Positions 61,819-64,000 of a DNA stretch of 64,000 nucleotides are shown here, piece after piece. The stretch's first letter is position 1. Every line of letters begins with the position of its first letter. The stretch covers positions 60,698,001 to 60,762,000 of the forward strand of contig CM052824.1 of the NCBI GenBank assembly GCA_028534125.1, written 5' to 3'. Both the position numbers and the translations under genes were made by a program. The DNA is from Lama glama (lineage: Eukaryota). The notes below the pieces were generated by a model. That model was not told the origin of the DNA, ran no database searches, and saw nothing but the letters and a program-made list of their open reading frames with translations.

Positions 61819-64000
61819 ACAGAGCCATTAACTCGGCTGCAGCTGGCTGGTCTGCCGCTGCGTTAGCCACACGGATGTGACCGCTGCTCCTGTAATTTCC
61901 AACAACAGGCCTTATTCTAACTGATTAAAAAGCAAACCTTAAAAAAACGAGGCAGTGGAGGAAACTGAAGCGCACACTACCCATCTGGAGGCACTAAAAA
62001 TGACAGTAAATGTGCTGTGTTTGGTGACACAGCTGTCGCAGGACGCTCGTCTTTCAGAGGTCTCTGCCGAGGTGTTTTTTATGGACAGTGTGATGTCTGG
62101 GGTTTGGGGCGGGGACAGAGGGGCAGAGGCCGGTCAGAAGAGGGGATGGACCTCGGTGAGGCTTCGCCGTCAATTCTTTGTGCTTCTGTAAATGCTCAGA
62201 ATTTTTCATAACAAAAAGTTTCTTAAAAAACCCAAGACACTCATTTCTACAGTCTGGTTTTCACTCCACCCCGAGCTGGAGCCCCGCTCCCAGCACTGCC
62301 AGCCCTAGGGGGAGCAGGCTCTGTCTTCGTGAGCCACGCTCGGGAGGGCCGCTCAGTCAGCTGGGGCTGTCGGCCCGTCTCCCCACAGTTGCACACGCAC
62401 GGGGGATGAGGAAGCAGCGACCCCCACGGACAAGCCAGGAAGAGACCAATGAGGAACAAGAGCGAGGCCTCAGAGAGACAGACACAGAGAGAGAGATGAC
62501 GGACGTGGGGTCTCCCTTCTCTCATCCTGTTGCTGTCCTGGGACCTTGCTGAGGACCAGGGAGGGCCCTCGGCTGCAGACTCACCCCAGGCCACGTGGAC
62601 AGTGCTGTCCACCCAGCACGAAGGACTCCCGTTCCCGCCTCAACACCTCACAGCAGCTGGCCAGCTCCTCCTGGCGGCCGTCAGCCACGTGACCACCTTG
62701 CCCTAAATCCATTTAGCTTGGACGTGCATTTAGCGAGACCGACATCCACCAGAACAACCAACCACTGCACTCCGTCCACTAGCAGACCGGCAGGGAAGAG
62801 CCCCGTTCTGTTAACAGCGAGCCCCGGGCTGGCTCAGGACCGCCTCCCCCTGGCCCAGCTCCTTTCCCTCCGTGTCCGCACGCAGCCTGCAGGCCCTTCT
62901 CCGCAGCCAGGGACAAACCAGGGACAAACCAGCTCCCGGTCATCCGCAGGCACAGAGCGCCGCCTCCTTTCTGAGTGTAAACAGCGCTGGGCCAGTGAGA
63001 AGGGGCAGCGTGACCACGACACCCAAGTGCACGTGCACCTCTGAAGCCACGTGGCGGGAAAGCCCTCGGTGCACAGGAGACTGGCACCGGGATGGCACCT
63101 TCCCACGAACGCGGGGTCTTCAGCGTCCTCGCCGAAATGGTGCCATGAGGTCGGCACACACACTGAGGCTGCTGCCGATTAATGGGAATAAACCAGAGCT
63201 CAGTCTGGGCGAGGCTGGCCATCCTCGACTGAGGAAGTAACTGGACGCATCTGACCATGAACGGGGGCTGTGGGTGGAGCGTGAACACCTCTAACCCCAA
63301 AGGCTACTCCCCTACTCGGAAGATGGTGCCTGCGCACCTGCCCACGCCCGCCTGTCCACGAGAGATCCACCGTCCAGTTCTCCCTTTCCTGGTCCTCCCA
63401 GGTCCTGCCAATCTTTTCCCAGCACTGGACTCCTGCCCCTTTTCCCTGACCCTCTGCTGCCACTGTCTGGCCTTGTGGGCAGCAGTGGGCTCCCCAGGCC
63501 TGCTGACCCCACCCCAGCCCGTCCAGCACAGAAGGACCTCCGTCCACACTGGCACCACATGGCTCCTACCTCACAACGGCTGCAGGACAGGCCCCAGCTT
63601 CCCTCTCCTCCCCCGCATCTCCAGCCTCACCGGGACCCTCAGCGTCTGAGCTCCATCCACAGCAGGCCCAGGTGTGCCTCACCCCCTCCCCGCTGGGACA
63701 GGCCCCTCCCTCTCCCTCCTCTCCACTTACATGGCTCGATGCGCCCGCAGGCTCACCTGTCTGCACCCTCTCCCCTCTGAAGCACAAACTCCATGCGGAC
63801 AGGTGGTACCATCCTGGCCCTTCAACCAGACACAGTCACCACGGGGCCATGCACACAGGAGGCCCTGAGGAGCAGGCAGTCCGTGATCATTAAGTCCACC
63901 ATCTTTTCCTGCTGCTCCGGGTAAGTGCCCAGCATCCCCCGGCCGCCGTGCCCAGCCTCACGGCTCTGCGGGGCCCTGAGCCCAGGTTTTAGCCACAGAG

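Noticed and set aside
47173-64000. Possible PKMzeta first exon / internal promoter or PRKCZ exon 4
   Set aside because: No PB1-domain coding sequence or recognisable promoter exon found. Intron 4 is very long in mammals, so these probably lie beyond the window. The 500-N gap cannot be assessed.

Overview
This is GC-rich mammalian genomic DNA, not prokaryotic. It is probably from a camelid: it carries a Vic-1-like tRNA-derived SINE and an internally deleted Tigger1 element of the artiodactyl type. Two genes converge tail to tail. FAAP20 is complete on the + strand (4 coding exons, 9797-14900, 172 aa) behind a CpG-island promoter. PRKCZ (atypical PKC-zeta) is on the - strand, with exons 5-18 at 47172-17881; exons 1-4 and the PKMzeta-specific first exon were not found and presumably lie beyond the right edge. 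All inferred introns are GT-AG and the reading phases are consistent. The rest is intronic or intergenic: decayed L1, MaLR/ERVL/MER21 LTRs, DNA transposon fossils, two minisatellites and a 500-N gap. The hundreds of other ORFs in the track are GC-content artefacts. I found no new multi-gene system. The most unusual observation is an 81-bp, 89%-identical copy of the PRKCZ intron-11/exon-12 junction inside intron 15. Its AG is intact and its frame is open into exon 16, so it could give either an in-frame kinase-dead isoform or a poison exon. Also notable are an apparent compensated -1/+1 frameshift in FAAP20 exon 2 and two strong-Kozak uORFs embedded in PRKCZ exons 5-6. Comparisons with human proteins and repeat consensus sequences are from recall and need alignment to confirm; repeat boundaries are approximate.
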